A stretch of 64,000 nucleotides of DNA from an uncultured Bacteroidales bacterium (GTDB lineage: Bacteria > Bacteroidota > Bacteroidia > Bacteroidales > VadinHA17): the NCBI GenBank assembly GCA_963829255.1, contig CAWHIG010000012.1:23314-87313 (forward strand), written 5' to 3'. Shown here in pieces: positions 31,676 to 40,849 of the stretch; position 1 is the stretch's first letter, and every line of letters begins with the position of its first letter. Below the pieces are notes generated by a model that was given only the letters and a program-made list of their open reading frames with translations, was not told where the DNA came from and did not search any database. Both the position numbers and the translations under genes were made by a program.

Positions 31676-32124
31676 TACTTCGGAAATCGGCCAAAGAACT
31701 TTTTCAAACCTCCATGAAACTTATGGATACTGTTCGGTTTGTAATGCATCAGTATGCATTCTCCGGTAATAAAATTTATTCCGGAATCTTTAAGTTCATC
31801 AAGGGCCTCTTTGCTGTCGGCCATCTGCTGTATCCAGATCTGCTTTATCCCTCTTTCTTTGGCATCCCGTATCACTGATGCCGTTTGATTTTTTTTTGTA
31901 AAGACAATTATGCTTTGAACTTCCGGGGGAAGCATTTTAACATTGGGATACGTTTTTTCCCCCATTATTTCTTCGGCATTTGGATTTACCGGAATAAGTT
32001 TCATTCCCTTTTCCTTAAGCTCTTTGAAAACAGCATAACCAAATTTTTTAGGATTACGTGACACACCTACAAGTGCAATGGGCTGTGAATCAAGAAATTC
32101 ATTAATTTGTTTTAAAGTTGTCAT
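31675..32124 (-). CDS. CoA-binding domain protein
   Basis: IALVGVSRNPKKFGY Rossmann-like motif; 149 aa. Its stop overlaps the downstream start. Confidence 0.7.
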   Translation of the reverse strand: MTTLKQINEFLDSQPIALVGVSRNPKKFGYAVFKELKEKGMKLIPVNPNAEEIMGEKTYPNVKMLPPEVQSIIVFTKKNQTASVIRDAKERGIKQIWIQQMADSKEALDELKDSGINFITGECILMHYKPNSIHKFHGGLKKFFGRFPK

Positions 32125-32174
32125 AGCTTCTGATAATTTTAAAATTGAACAATGAAAAATAGTAAAATTATTTT

Positions 32175-32210
32175 AAAGTGCCTAAAGTGCCTAAAGTGCC
32201 TAAAGTGCCT
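32175..32210. repeat. tandem repeat, 4 perfect copies of the 9-mer AAAGTGCCT
   Basis: Read directly: four consecutive identical units. Confidence 0.95.
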
Positions 32211-32219
32211 ATAAGTTTT

Positions 32220-32270
32220 GACCCCCTGCCCCCCCTTCGCTTCGCTCAGGGCAAGCTCTAAAGGGGGGTT
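32220..32270. repeat. GC-rich REP-like module (variant with an insert)
   Basis: GACCCCCTGCCCCCCC-[TTCGCTTCGCTCAGGGCAAGCTC]-TAAAGGGGGGTT. The arms match the family at 56526, 38914, 58401 and 63905. Confidence 0.7.
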
Positions 32271-32313
32271 AAAAGTTTTGTACTCCAGACTTCTTCTAAC
32301 TCTAAAATTCCTT

Positions 32314-32416
32314 CAACTTTTCAACTTTTTCAACCTTTCAACTTTAGGCACTCCAAACTTTAGCTCACTTCAAACTTTTCTTTTACTTTAGGCACTCCAA
32401 ACTTTAGGCACTCCAA
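32314..32416. repeat. tandem 8-9-mers (CAACTTTT x4) and 16-mers (ACTTTAGGCACTCCAA x3-4), inverted relative to 32175..32210
   Basis: CAACTTTT units at 32314, 32322, 32331 and 32339. ACTTTAGGCACTCCAA at 32341, 32385 and 32401. TTTAGGCAC is the reverse complement of GTGCCTAAA. Confidence 0.85.
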
Positions 32417-32518
32417 ACTTCTTCTCCTAAGTATAAAGACTTAAAATTACATTAAAAAAACAAACTGACATTTATTTTTATTTACTTGGTATTGAGGTTT
32501 TATAAATATTAAATCAGA

Positions 32519-33805
32519 ATGAAAAAGCCAGAAGACCGCAGTGGGTACCTGTTTTCAAAGGGGTACTCTAATTATGTGTTCATGCTTCTCTTTTTGCTTT
32601 ATGTGTTTGACTATGCCGACCGGATGGTGGTAACCTCAATGTTTACTTCAATTCAAAAGGACTGGCTTATTACTGATACGCAATGCGGATGGCTTGTTTC
32701 TGTAATTTATCTGGCTATAGGTATTCTTACATTTCCCGTATCGATCCTGATTGATCGCTGGAGCAGGACTAAAACGATCGGCCTGATGGCAATTGTGTGG
32801 AGTCTTGCTACTGCATTATGCGCTATTACAGGAAGTTACGTTCAGTTGTTTATGGCAAGGATAATGATAGGATTTGGAGAAGCGGGCTATGCGCCCGGAG
32901 GAAGCGCACTGATTTCAGGAATGTACCCTCTGGAAAAGAGATCGAAAATGATGGGCCTGTGGAATGCTTCTATACCACTTGGCTCTGCAATCGGAGTCGG
33001 CATGGGTGGTATTATTGCACAATCTCTTGGATGGAAACATGCTTTTGGTATTGTTGCCGTTCCAGGCCTTATCATAGCAATATTGTTTCTTTTTGTAAAG
33101 GACTATAAGACTGTTGATCTTTCTTTCATTGACAGAAGCAATAACAAAATAAGAATGGAAAAGAAAGATATGATCAGGGAGTTCCTGTCAAAACCGTCAG
33201 TTATGTATACTTATTTTGGGATGGCTGCAGTTGTATTTGTAACGACAGCAATAATAGTCTGGTTACCAAAATATTTTGAGATTGAAAGACATATGGAACC
33301 AAAAACAGCCGGATCGCTTGCCGGAGCTGTTATGCTACTGGCTCTTGTCGGCGCGCCTCTTGGCGGATTCCTGATCGATAAATGGAGAATGTCGGAACCA
33401 AGGGCAAGGTTGTTATTCCCTGCACTCTCAACACTGGGTTCAGGAATTCTATTATTCATAGCCCTTGCTCTTTTAAAAGGAAACGGTCAGCTTATCGTTC
33501 TTTTCGCCTTTGGGATTATGATCATGACTTTTATCGCCGGAGCAGCGGCAGTTACTCAGGATGTGATCCATCCGGGATTAAGAGCAACCTCATATGCCAT
33601 AGCAGTGGCAGTTCAAAACTTAATAGGATCTTTTACAGCCCCGATTGTACTGGGTAAAATTTCGGATCTGTCGAATATAAAGACAGCGTTATCAATTCTG
33701 CCATTCGTTCTGATGTTGGGAGCATTACTGTTTTACCTGGGATCGAGGCATTACGTAAGTGATATGGGAAGGGTGACAAAAATAAATCTTGAAACTGCAG
33801 CTTAA
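32519..33805 (+). CDS. MFS transporter
   Basis: 428 aa, about 12 TM helices, with the D-R-x-x-R-like loop (LIDRWSRTKTIG). Confidence 0.85.
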   Translation: MKKPEDRSGYLFSKGYSNYVFMLLFLLYVFDYADRMVVTSMFTSIQKDWLITDTQCGWLVSVIYLAIGILTFPVSILIDRWSRTKTIGLMAIVWSLATALCAITGSYVQLFMARIMIGFGEAGYAPGGSALISGMYPLEKRSKMMGLWNASIPLGSAIGVGMGGIIAQSLGWKHAFGIVAVPGLIIAILFLFVKDYKTVDLSFIDRSNNKIRMEKKDMIREFLSKPSVMYTYFGMAAVVFVTTAIIVWLPKYFEIERHMEPKTAGSLAGAVMLLALVGAPLGGFLIDKWRMSEPRARLLFPALSTLGSGILLFIALALLKGNGQLIVLFAFGIMIMTFIAGAAAVTQDVIHPGLRATSYAIAVAVQNLIGSFTAPIVLGKISDLSNIKTALSILPFVLMLGALLFYLGSRHYVSDMGRVTKINLETAA

Positions 33806-33813
33806 AATCCTGA

Positions 33814-34788
33814 CTATTGCTGTCTGGATGTTGTATACTGAACGAATTCCCAGAGGGATTCTTTAATTTCTGATTCGGGATAAGAATCAAGGATCGCGAG
33901 GGCTTTATCGCGATATTGATTCATTTTAAGTTCTGCATATTCAATACCTCCATAATCCATTACAAAGCTTATTACCTCATTAATTTCAGACTTTGTCTTC
34001 TTTTTGCTTTTTACTATATTAAGAATATGTCTCTTTTTGGAGTTGGCGGATTGCTCGAGAGCATGTATTAAAGGAAGAGTGATCTTTTTTTCTTTAATAT
34101 CATTTCCCACTGTTTTTCCTGTTAAGCCGGTTCCTTCATAATCCAGGATATCATCCCTGATCTGAAAAGCAATCCCGATATTCTCTCCAAAGTCCTTCAT
34201 TAATTGGATTGTCTCAGTATCTTCAGATACGGATCTTGCCCCACATGCTGTACATGCAGAAAGTAATGCGGCTGTTTTACTAATTATGATCTTATAATAA
34301 TCTTCTTCTTTAATGTTTAATTTTCTTGCTTTCTGAAGTTGCAATAGCTCCCCTTCCGACATTGACTTAACTGCTTCGGAAATAATTTCGAGCATATCGT
34401 AACGCGATTTTTCAACACAAATATGCATTCCTGTTGAAAGCAGATAATCACCAAGAAGAACGGCTATTTTAGAATTCCAAAGTGCATTTATTGAAAGAAA
34501 CCCGCGTCTTTCATGAGCGTCGTCTACTACATCATCGTGGACAAGGGATGCAGTATGAAGAAGTTCGATACAGGTTGCCGCAATATATGTTGATTCAACT
34601 ATTTCACCGTTTAGTCTTGCTGTAAGGAAGACAAGCAAAGGCCTCATCTGTTTGCCCTTACGACGCAGAATATAGTTCAGAATGATATTCAGTAAAGGGA
34701 TCTCACTTTGCATAGTCCTGCTAAAGTAGGCTTCAAATTCAGCCATCTCAATTTCAACGGGTTTCTTTATTCCGGAGAGAGCAGACAT
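33814..34788 (-). CDS. polyprenyl diphosphate synthase (IspB-like)
   Basis: FARM LVHDDVVDD and SARM FQIRDDILD; 324 aa. Confidence 0.85.
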   Translation of the reverse strand: MSALSGIKKPVEIEMAEFEAYFSRTMQSEIPLLNIILNYILRRKGKQMRPLLVFLTARLNGEIVESTYIAATCIELLHTASLVHDDVVDDAHERRGFLSINALWNSKIAVLLGDYLLSTGMHICVEKSRYDMLEIISEAVKSMSEGELLQLQKARKLNIKEEDYYKIIISKTAALLSACTACGARSVSEDTETIQLMKDFGENIGIAFQIRDDILDYEGTGLTGKTVGNDIKEKKITLPLIHALEQSANSKKRHILNIVKSKKKTKSEINEVISFVMDYGGIEYAELKMNQYRDKALAILDSYPESEIKESLWEFVQYTTSRQQ

Positions 34789-34825
34789 ACGTTTTTATTT
34801 CGGTCAAATATAATAAAATCAAAGG

Positions 34826-34911
34826 AATCAGTAATCAGTAATCAGTAATCGGTAATCGGTAATCAGAGATCAGAAAGCAGATTCAGAAAAAGCACCCAGC
34901 ACCCAGCACCT
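34826..34911. repeat. heptanucleotide tandem arrays
   Basis: Nine 7-nt units from 34826 to 34888 (AATCAGT x3, AATCGGT x2, then degenerating). AGCACCC x3 at 34891-34911. Confidence 0.9.
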
Positions 34912-34945
34912 ATCTTCCGGCTTCTATCATATCAACATATTTATA

Positions 34946-34953
34946 TATATTTG
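34946..34953 (+). promoter_or_regulatory. candidate -7 box TATATTTG
   Basis: Matches TAnnTTTG 20 nt upstream of the ATG at 34974. Confidence 0.3.
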
Positions 34954-34973
34954 TCAGATGAAATTTATTAAGC

Positions 34974-35276
34974 ATGGAATTCAAAGAACTTAATCCCGAA
35001 AGTTTGGAAAGGGCAGCAGGAATGCTAAAAGCAATTGCACATCCTGTACGTATAAAAATTGTTGGGTGTCTCGAAGACGGGCAAAAAAAAACGGTAACAG
35101 AAATTCATAAACAGCTTGGAATAGAACAATCAACTGCATCGCATCATCTGGGAATACTTAAAGACAAGGGAGTATTGGCTTCAAAAAGAGAAGGAAAGAA
35201 CACGTGGTACTTTTTGAAACACGAAAACCTGAAAACAATACTGAATTGTGTCAGTAGCTGTTGCCAGCCGTCATAG
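34974..35276 (+). CDS. ArsR/SmtB family transcriptional regulator
   Basis: LKAIAHPVRIKIVGCL and QSTASHHLGILKDKGV, a wHTH signature. Confidence 0.85.
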   Translation: MEFKELNPESLERAAGMLKAIAHPVRIKIVGCLEDGQKKTVTEIHKQLGIEQSTASHHLGILKDKGVLASKREGKNTWYFLKHENLKTILNCVSSCCQPS

Positions 35277-35304
35277 TCTGATTTGTCCCGGATTATAAGT
35301 GGTT

Positions 35305-35913
35305 TCAGGAAAGGTTCCTGAACATCCGCTTCTGAAATAATAAGATTGCTGCAACTCCGCAGGTTATCGAAGAATCCGCGATATTAAAAACCGGTCTGAA
35401 AAACACAAATGATTCACCCGGCCTGAATGGTGACCATTGAGGCCAGTGAGTATCAATTATCGGAAAGTAGAACATATCAACCACTCTTCCATGCAGAAAT
35501 GAAGAATAACCGCCCCCCGGAGGGAAAAGTATCGCATGCTGGTTAAAACTTTCACTGAAAATCATACCATAGAATGCACTGTCTATAATATTCCCGATTG
35601 CACCTGCCATAATTGCACTCACGGCAAGAATAAGTCCCAGGTTTGCCTTTTTTCTGATTAGTGACACAAGGAACCAGCCTATGCCAAAGATCGCAACAAC
35701 TCTGAAGACACTTAAAATGAGCTTGCCGGGCTTGCCTCCCATTTCCATGCCGAAAGCCATCCCGTTATTCTCAATGAAATGAAGCATGCCCCAATTGCCA
35801 AAAAGATGAATTTCCTGTCCGATCTGCATATGGGTTTTGACCCATATTTTCAGGATCTGATCAACTATAAGGATCAGAAGTATAAGCAATACAGCTTTTT
35901 TTCCAGTTGACAT
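35305..35913 (-). CDS. lspA: lipoprotein signal peptidase II
   Basis: ENNGMAFGM and VFNIADSSI catalytic Asp motifs; four TM helices. Confidence 0.85.
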   Translation of the reverse strand: MSTGKKAVLLILLILIVDQILKIWVKTHMQIGQEIHLFGNWGMLHFIENNGMAFGMEMGGKPGKLILSVFRVVAIFGIGWFLVSLIRKKANLGLILAVSAIMAGAIGNIIDSAFYGMIFSESFNQHAILFPPGGGYSSFLHGRVVDMFYFPIIDTHWPQWSPFRPGESFVFFRPVFNIADSSITCGVAAILLFQKRMFRNLS

Positions 35914-36079
35914 TAATTAAATTATTAAAAATGAGGAGCGCAAAATAGTAAAAAAAAGAAGACCGCACATCAGCTTGCCAAAAAAGAAGAACAGCAGTGA
36001 CCAGATATCAGGTTTACTGCTGTCCGACTAATGATTTAAAAAGCTCTCAGGAACAGAATATGACTCCTGTTCCCGGCTG

Positions 36080-37388
36080 TCAGTTCCCTTTAGGATCTGC
36101 GAATAGATCAAGTTTTACCGAAAGCCTCATTGTTAATGCCAGCAAAACAAAAAGTCCGATATTTCCAGCCAGATAGGCATAATCATTCAGGGTCAGTAAT
36201 ATGAAGATGAATGAATATAGGAAAACAAGTAATCCTGAAATTAAAAGAAATGTCAGCCGTTTTTTGAAAAGCGTCCGGAGAAAGTACGAAATAAGAATTA
36301 TGGTTGAAGATGCCGATATAAGATATGCAAGATTGAATCCGGTATACTCACTAAGCGCGTTTAGAAGAGAAAAGAACAGGATCAGGGCAAGTGATACCAG
36401 GAGATACTGGAAGACATGGATATTTTCCTTAATTGTCAATTCTGCAAAAATCAGGGCAAGAAAGGTAAGTGCAATAAAAAGTATCCCGTATTTTGCACTT
36501 CTCAAAGACTTCTGATAATGATCTACCGGTAGTATAAAATCAACGCCAAATGAATCATTGACCGGATTATAGGAATGCCCTGACCATATCTGGGGAAAGT
36601 TTCTGTTAAGATTGGTAACAAGCCATTTTGCATTAAATCCTGAATCGGCTATGGTTCTGTCGACCGGAAGGAAGTTTCCCTTGAAACCCGGAGAATTCCA
36701 TTCTGACGTAAGAAAGACTTCTGTTGTCTTTCCGACAGGGGTAAAACTCAATCCTTCAGAGCCGGAAACCTTCAAATTTATTGAAAAGGGAACTGATTTT
36801 TTCATGACAGAAAGATCTGCAGGAAAGCTGATGCCGGAACTGAAAAGATCAGCATCCTTCAATCCGGGGACAGCCTCAAGATTGGCAGAATCTGTCTTCA
36901 GAAAGAACCCTTCCTTTTAATCCCCTGTTATCGCTTATTCCCATGGTAAAATACGAAGCATTCCAGAGGATTTCGCTTTTTTCCCCGGTAGTTATTTCAG
37001 GAATGATAAAATCTCCGGAAATATTAAGGCCGGCAGTATAAACTACTGCCTGATAAATACTTCTGTGTCTCTTTTCAGTTTCAATATTCCCTTTGATAAT
37101 AAGCGATTCAGGCATCAGGTGAAAAAGGGAAATATAAGGTTCTTTATCCTTTTGTGAAGGGAAAATCCTTACGGGAATATTCAGCACAGGTCCTGAAATA
37201 ACCTGAAGTCCGGCCCACTGAACGGCAATTTCTTTCTTTACATCTTCTGAGTTTTTCTGTCTTTCCCTGATAATTGATTTTATCATTTCAAGCGGGATGA
37301 GCAAAAACAGACCCAGAAATGCGAGCAACATCATCTTTATTGTCAATGAATGTTGCCATTTTTTGTTGTCATCGATTTCGATTTTCAT
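36080..37388 (-). pseudogene. creD: cell envelope integrity protein CreD, one frame break
   Basis: The N-terminal ORF (TM helix plus periplasmic part, ...MGISDNRGLK) and the C-terminal ORF (EGFFLKTDSANLEAVPGLKDADLF... plus 5 TM helices) join if one T is removed from the T4 run at 36915-36918. Confidence 0.75.
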
Positions 37389-37444
37389 AGCGGTAAATAT
37401 TAATTTAAAAGTACTTTGAATTACAAAGCAAGAGGATAAAAAAA

Positions 37445-37741
37445 TTATTGTAATCTGATAATATCTTCAAGAGCCTTGATATGACTTCTGAATAAGTTAA
37501 TACCTGTTTCCGTTATCGAATAGCTTGTATTAGGCTTTCTTCCGATAAATTGCTTATTCACCTTTATCAGATTGTTCTCCTCCAGGGCCTTAAGGTGACT
37601 TGCCAGGTTACCGTCTGTTACGCCAAGTGTCTCCTTTAGATTATTGAAATCATAAGAATCATTTACACTCAGGACAGACATGATCCCCAGCCGGACCCTG
37701 TTCTCAAATAGCTTATTTAAGCTGGATATATCGGCTTTCAT
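37445..37741 (-). CDS. small winged-helix transcriptional regulator
   Basis: 98 aa with RLGIMSVL....YDFN.LKE.LGVTDGNLASHLKALE. Its start overlaps the upstream gene's stop by 4 nt. Confidence 0.6.
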   Translation of the reverse strand: MKADISSLNKLFENRVRLGIMSVLSVNDSYDFNNLKETLGVTDGNLASHLKALEENNLIKVNKQFIGRKPNTSYSITETGINLFRSHIKALEDIIRLQ

Positions 37742-38430
37742 CCTTTGTATTTTCTATACATGATAAGGCCATAAGCAAGATGAAGAATTCCAAAACCCAG
37801 AATCCAGAAAAAAATTGTTGATCCCTGAAAAACAGCAGCGGAAAATCCTGTCAATAATTCTGCCAGCCCAAGATAAAAAACTTCACTATAAGTAAATTTA
37901 CCTGCACTGATAAGTGCGAGGCCATAGAAAATCAGCATTGCCGGTACAATGAGTTGCCACTGGCTTTCAATATAAAAAATTATAATAAAAAACGCGCCTG
38001 CAATCAGGGGAATGCAAAGGCTGAGCATCAACCTTTTTGATACAGGAGTCCATATTTTTTGCCCTTTGCGATGGGCATTTCTGTATGAAAAATAGAAAGA
38101 TCCTGCAAGAGCAAGAATAAGCACAACGAGAGCATCCGTTATAAGCTGTATTTTAACAGAGCTTATATCCTGCATTGAGAGGTTTATCAGGGGCTCATTA
38201 TTAAAGAAAGTCTTACTTTTAAGGATACCAAAATGAGCAATACAACCCCCCAGAATGGCTACAAATCCTGCAAAAAGCCCGGACAATCCACTCAGTGAAA
38301 GAAACCGCGAAGATTCTTCCATGATCTTCTTGATGGTTTTAATATCATCAGAATAGTCTAGTTTGTTTTCCATAGAATGAGTTAAAAGTACTTTGAAATA
38401 CAAAGTAAAAAATAAATATTCAATAATCAA
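37738..38430 (-). CDS. integral membrane protein, unknown function
   Basis: About 6 TM helices. The likely start is the internal MENKLDY. Co-directional with the regulator and creD. Confidence 0.5.
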   Translation of the reverse strand: MIIEYLFFTLYFKVLLTHSMENKLDYSDDIKTIKKIMEESSRFLSLSGLSGLFAGFVAILGGCIAHFGILKSKTFFNNEPLINLSMQDISSVKIQLITDALVVLILALAGSFYFSYRNAHRKGQKIWTPVSKRLMLSLCIPLIAGAFFIIIFYIESQWQLIVPAMLIFYGLALISAGKFTYSEVFYLGLAELLTGFSAAVFQGSTIFFWILGFGILHLAYGLIMYRKYKG

Positions 38431-38488
38431 AATATAATATTAAAAATGAAATAATTATTAAGATTGGTTCTACAGATAAGGGACCACC

Positions 38489-38627
38489 GGGGCATAGCCG
38501 TCAACCTAAGGAGTTAAATATAGTAAAATAGTGAGAGAGTCTTATTACAAAACAGAATGTAAAGTATTGAATATATGTCTGATACATTTCCCCCCGCCAA
38601 AAGCGGGACAGGCTATCCTTTTGAAGA
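38489..38627. repeat. dispersed repeat copy B, left arm (22-bp terminal inverted repeat plus body)
   Basis: GGGGCATAGCCGTCAACCTAAG (38489-38510) is 21/22 complementary to CTTAAGTTGACGGCTATGCCCC (40775-40796). The body is homologous to 22441..22566. Confidence 0.7.
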
Positions 38628-39036
38628 CTAATCTTTATACACATCTTTGATCATATTTGAGGAGATTTCTCATTCCTGCTTTTTTACCCCCAAACCCCTA
38701 AAGGGCTTACTCTCATGTATTTTGCCCCCCTGCTCCCGCCTAAGCGGGATTAATTATCGTAACAGCATTCCCATTGTTATGTTCACAGTTGACTTCTACT
38801 GTCATGTATATAAACTAGTGATTTGGCTTAAAAGTAATCCGCTTTACCAATGATGAAGTTGTCTATAATATCAACTCTGTAATAACTACGATCCAAAGGG
38901 CTATCGACAAATTAACCCCCCTTTAGGGGGGCAGGGGGGCAAAAACCCACCGAAGACCGAGACCTTGGAGTAGAAAGGGGGCAGGGGGTAAACAACAAGG
39001 AATGAGATACATTCAATAAATGTGTATAAAGATTAG
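38628..39036. mobile_element. 409-bp MITE-like derivative with Tn5-like ends
   Basis: CTAATCTTTATACACATCT (38628-38646) and AAATGTGTATAAAGATTAG (39018-39036). Non-coding interior with GC-rich REP modules. Flanks are inverted (CTTTTGAAG / CTTCAAAAG) rather than direct. Confidence 0.65.
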
Positions 39037-39087
39037 CTTCAAAAGGAGGGGAAACTTTTTTATGCAGTTTCTCATTCATCCACAAAG

Positions 39088-40780
39088 CTTAAGAGGCTGT
39101 GTGAAAATAGATTGGTTAATAATTTTGCAAAATTGTTAAAAATTCGTTGTTAGATTGTTTATCTAATATGCTTTAAATATCTATCTTACAATTAGATAAG
39201 ATGTTGTTTCAAAGCATATTTAGTAACTGACAATGCACTATAAAAAACCAAAAGACAGAAACGAACTTCTACTCTACCCGAACATTGAGCTATGGGTTGA
39301 ACAGAATAGTCCAGTACGGTTAATAGATCTAGTTATAGAAAAGTTCGTCGAAGAAAATCCGACTGTTTGTTCCTGGGGAGGCCATAGTGATCAAGGCTGT
39401 ACTAGTTACTCCCCATCAACAATGCTCAAATTATTAATGTATTGTTATTTCAACTGGATTCCTGGAAGTCGCCGGATGGAAAATGAAACATACAGAAACA
39501 TTGAGGTAATCTGGTTGCTGGGAGAATTGAAACCAGATCACTGGACAATCTGTAAGTTCCGTCGGGAAAACTTGGCTATGATACGCTCAGTAGCTATTGA
39601 GTTCAGAAAGTTTTTAAAAAAGAGTGGTTATATTGAAGGTAAATCAATTGTGTTTGATGGAAGCAAAATGAAGGCTTATGCTGGCCGTGATGTTTATTCA
39701 GTAGATAGATTAAAAAACAGGATAGAGAACATTGAGCAGACTCTTGAAAAATATCTGGATAATGTGGAAGAGACAGATGAATTAGAGGACAGACTGGAAC
39801 AAGACTCAAATGAGAAGGTTGATTTGAAGAAAAAGATCAGGAAGCTTGAAGATGAGAAAGAGAAACTGGAAGAATTTAAAAAACAACTAAAGGAAACCAA
39901 GAAAGGAAAGTTATCACCAAGTGATCCTGATGCAAACGTGATGAAATGCAGGGATGGGAAGATGCCTTGTTATAATATACAAACCGGGGTAGATACGAAA
40001 CATCACATGATTGCACTGGCAGAGGTTACTACTGATGAATGTGATATCAATTTATTAAAACCCGATCTGGAAAATTTAACACAGCAGTTGGGCTTTACTC
40101 CCGATGAAATTGAAGCTGACAAGGGTTATGGCAACGCAACTCAAATCAGAGAGATACAGGAAACATCAGGTACAACATGTTATATTCCAATGCCAGAACC
40201 ACCAACAAAAAGACAGGACAGAGAAAATGGAATAAAATTTATATATAATCCAGATAACGACACTTTTACATGTCTAAACAATAAAACATTACAAAAACAC
40301 TCAAGAAATTACAAACAGGACGATCAAACTTATAATGTTTATAAATGCCATGATTGTAAAGAGTGCCCGATAAAGGGTAAGTGTACAATATCAAAAACGG
40401 GGAGGGCAATAAAAGCAAACGTAAATCATATATGGATAGATAATTACAGGGAATGGATAGGCAAGATAGAAAATATGGAAAAAGTCCAGCATCGAAAAAC
40501 AGTAGTTGAACATCCCTTTGGAACAATAAAAACAATGATGGGAAAATTTTGCTTCCTATTAAGGAAAAAACACAAAGTGCAGATTGAAATTGACCTATAT
40601 ACAACCGCATACAATCTAAAAAGGCTCATAAACATAGAAAATATGGAGAACTTACTCCAGAAAGTGGGAAAATTTAACTGGAAGATCGAATAGATCTCCT
40701 AACTTCAATTTTAAAATCTGCAAAAAGAGTAGCATAAGACAAGAAGAATTGAAGAGTTGATTATCACACAGCCTCTTAAG
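39088..40780 (+). mobile_element. IS1182-family insertion sequence, apparently intact
   Basis: 17-bp perfect inverted repeats CTTAAGAGGCTGTGTGA (39088-39104) and TCACACAGCCTCTTAAG (40764-40780). The palindromic CTTAAG may be the target duplication, in which case the element is 39094..40774. Confidence 0.8.
39233..40693 (+). CDS. IS1182-family (IS5-like) DDE transposase
   Basis: Uninterrupted 486 aa: N-terminal DUF772-like domain, central coiled coil, and a C-terminal VEHPFGTIK...AYNLKRL signature. Confidence 0.9.
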   Translation: MHYKKPKDRNELLLYPNIELWVEQNSPVRLIDLVIEKFVEENPTVCSWGGHSDQGCTSYSPSTMLKLLMYCYFNWIPGSRRMENETYRNIEVIWLLGELKPDHWTICKFRRENLAMIRSVAIEFRKFLKKSGYIEGKSIVFDGSKMKAYAGRDVYSVDRLKNRIENIEQTLEKYLDNVEETDELEDRLEQDSNEKVDLKKKIRKLEDEKEKLEEFKKQLKETKKGKLSPSDPDANVMKCRDGKMPCYNIQTGVDTKHHMIALAEVTTDECDINLLKPDLENLTQQLGFTPDEIEADKGYGNATQIREIQETSGTTCYIPMPEPPTKRQDRENGIKFIYNPDNDTFTCLNNKTLQKHSRNYKQDDQTYNVYKCHDCKECPIKGKCTISKTGRAIKANVNHIWIDNYREWIGKIENMEKVQHRKTVVEHPFGTIKTMMGKFCFLLRKKHKVQIEIDLYTTAYNLKRLINIENMENLLQKVGKFNWKIE

Positions 40781-40840
40781 TTGACGGCTATGCCCCTCCG
40801 GGGGAGTGCCCGAAGGACGGTTGAGCGAGAGGATCCCGCT
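40775..40840. repeat. right terminal repeat of repeat B plus a GC-rich module
   Basis: CTTAAGTTGACGGCTATGCCCCTCCGGGGGAGTGCCCGAAGGACGG..., immediately 3' of the lipoprotein gene that ends at 40850. Confidence 0.65.
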
Positions 40841-40849
40841 TATACTTAT

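Noticed and set aside
32175-32210. The tandem 9-mers here, and the heptamers at 34826-34911, as a possible CRISPR array.
   Set aside because: The units are contiguous with no spacers and far shorter than CRISPR repeats, and there are no cas genes in the window.
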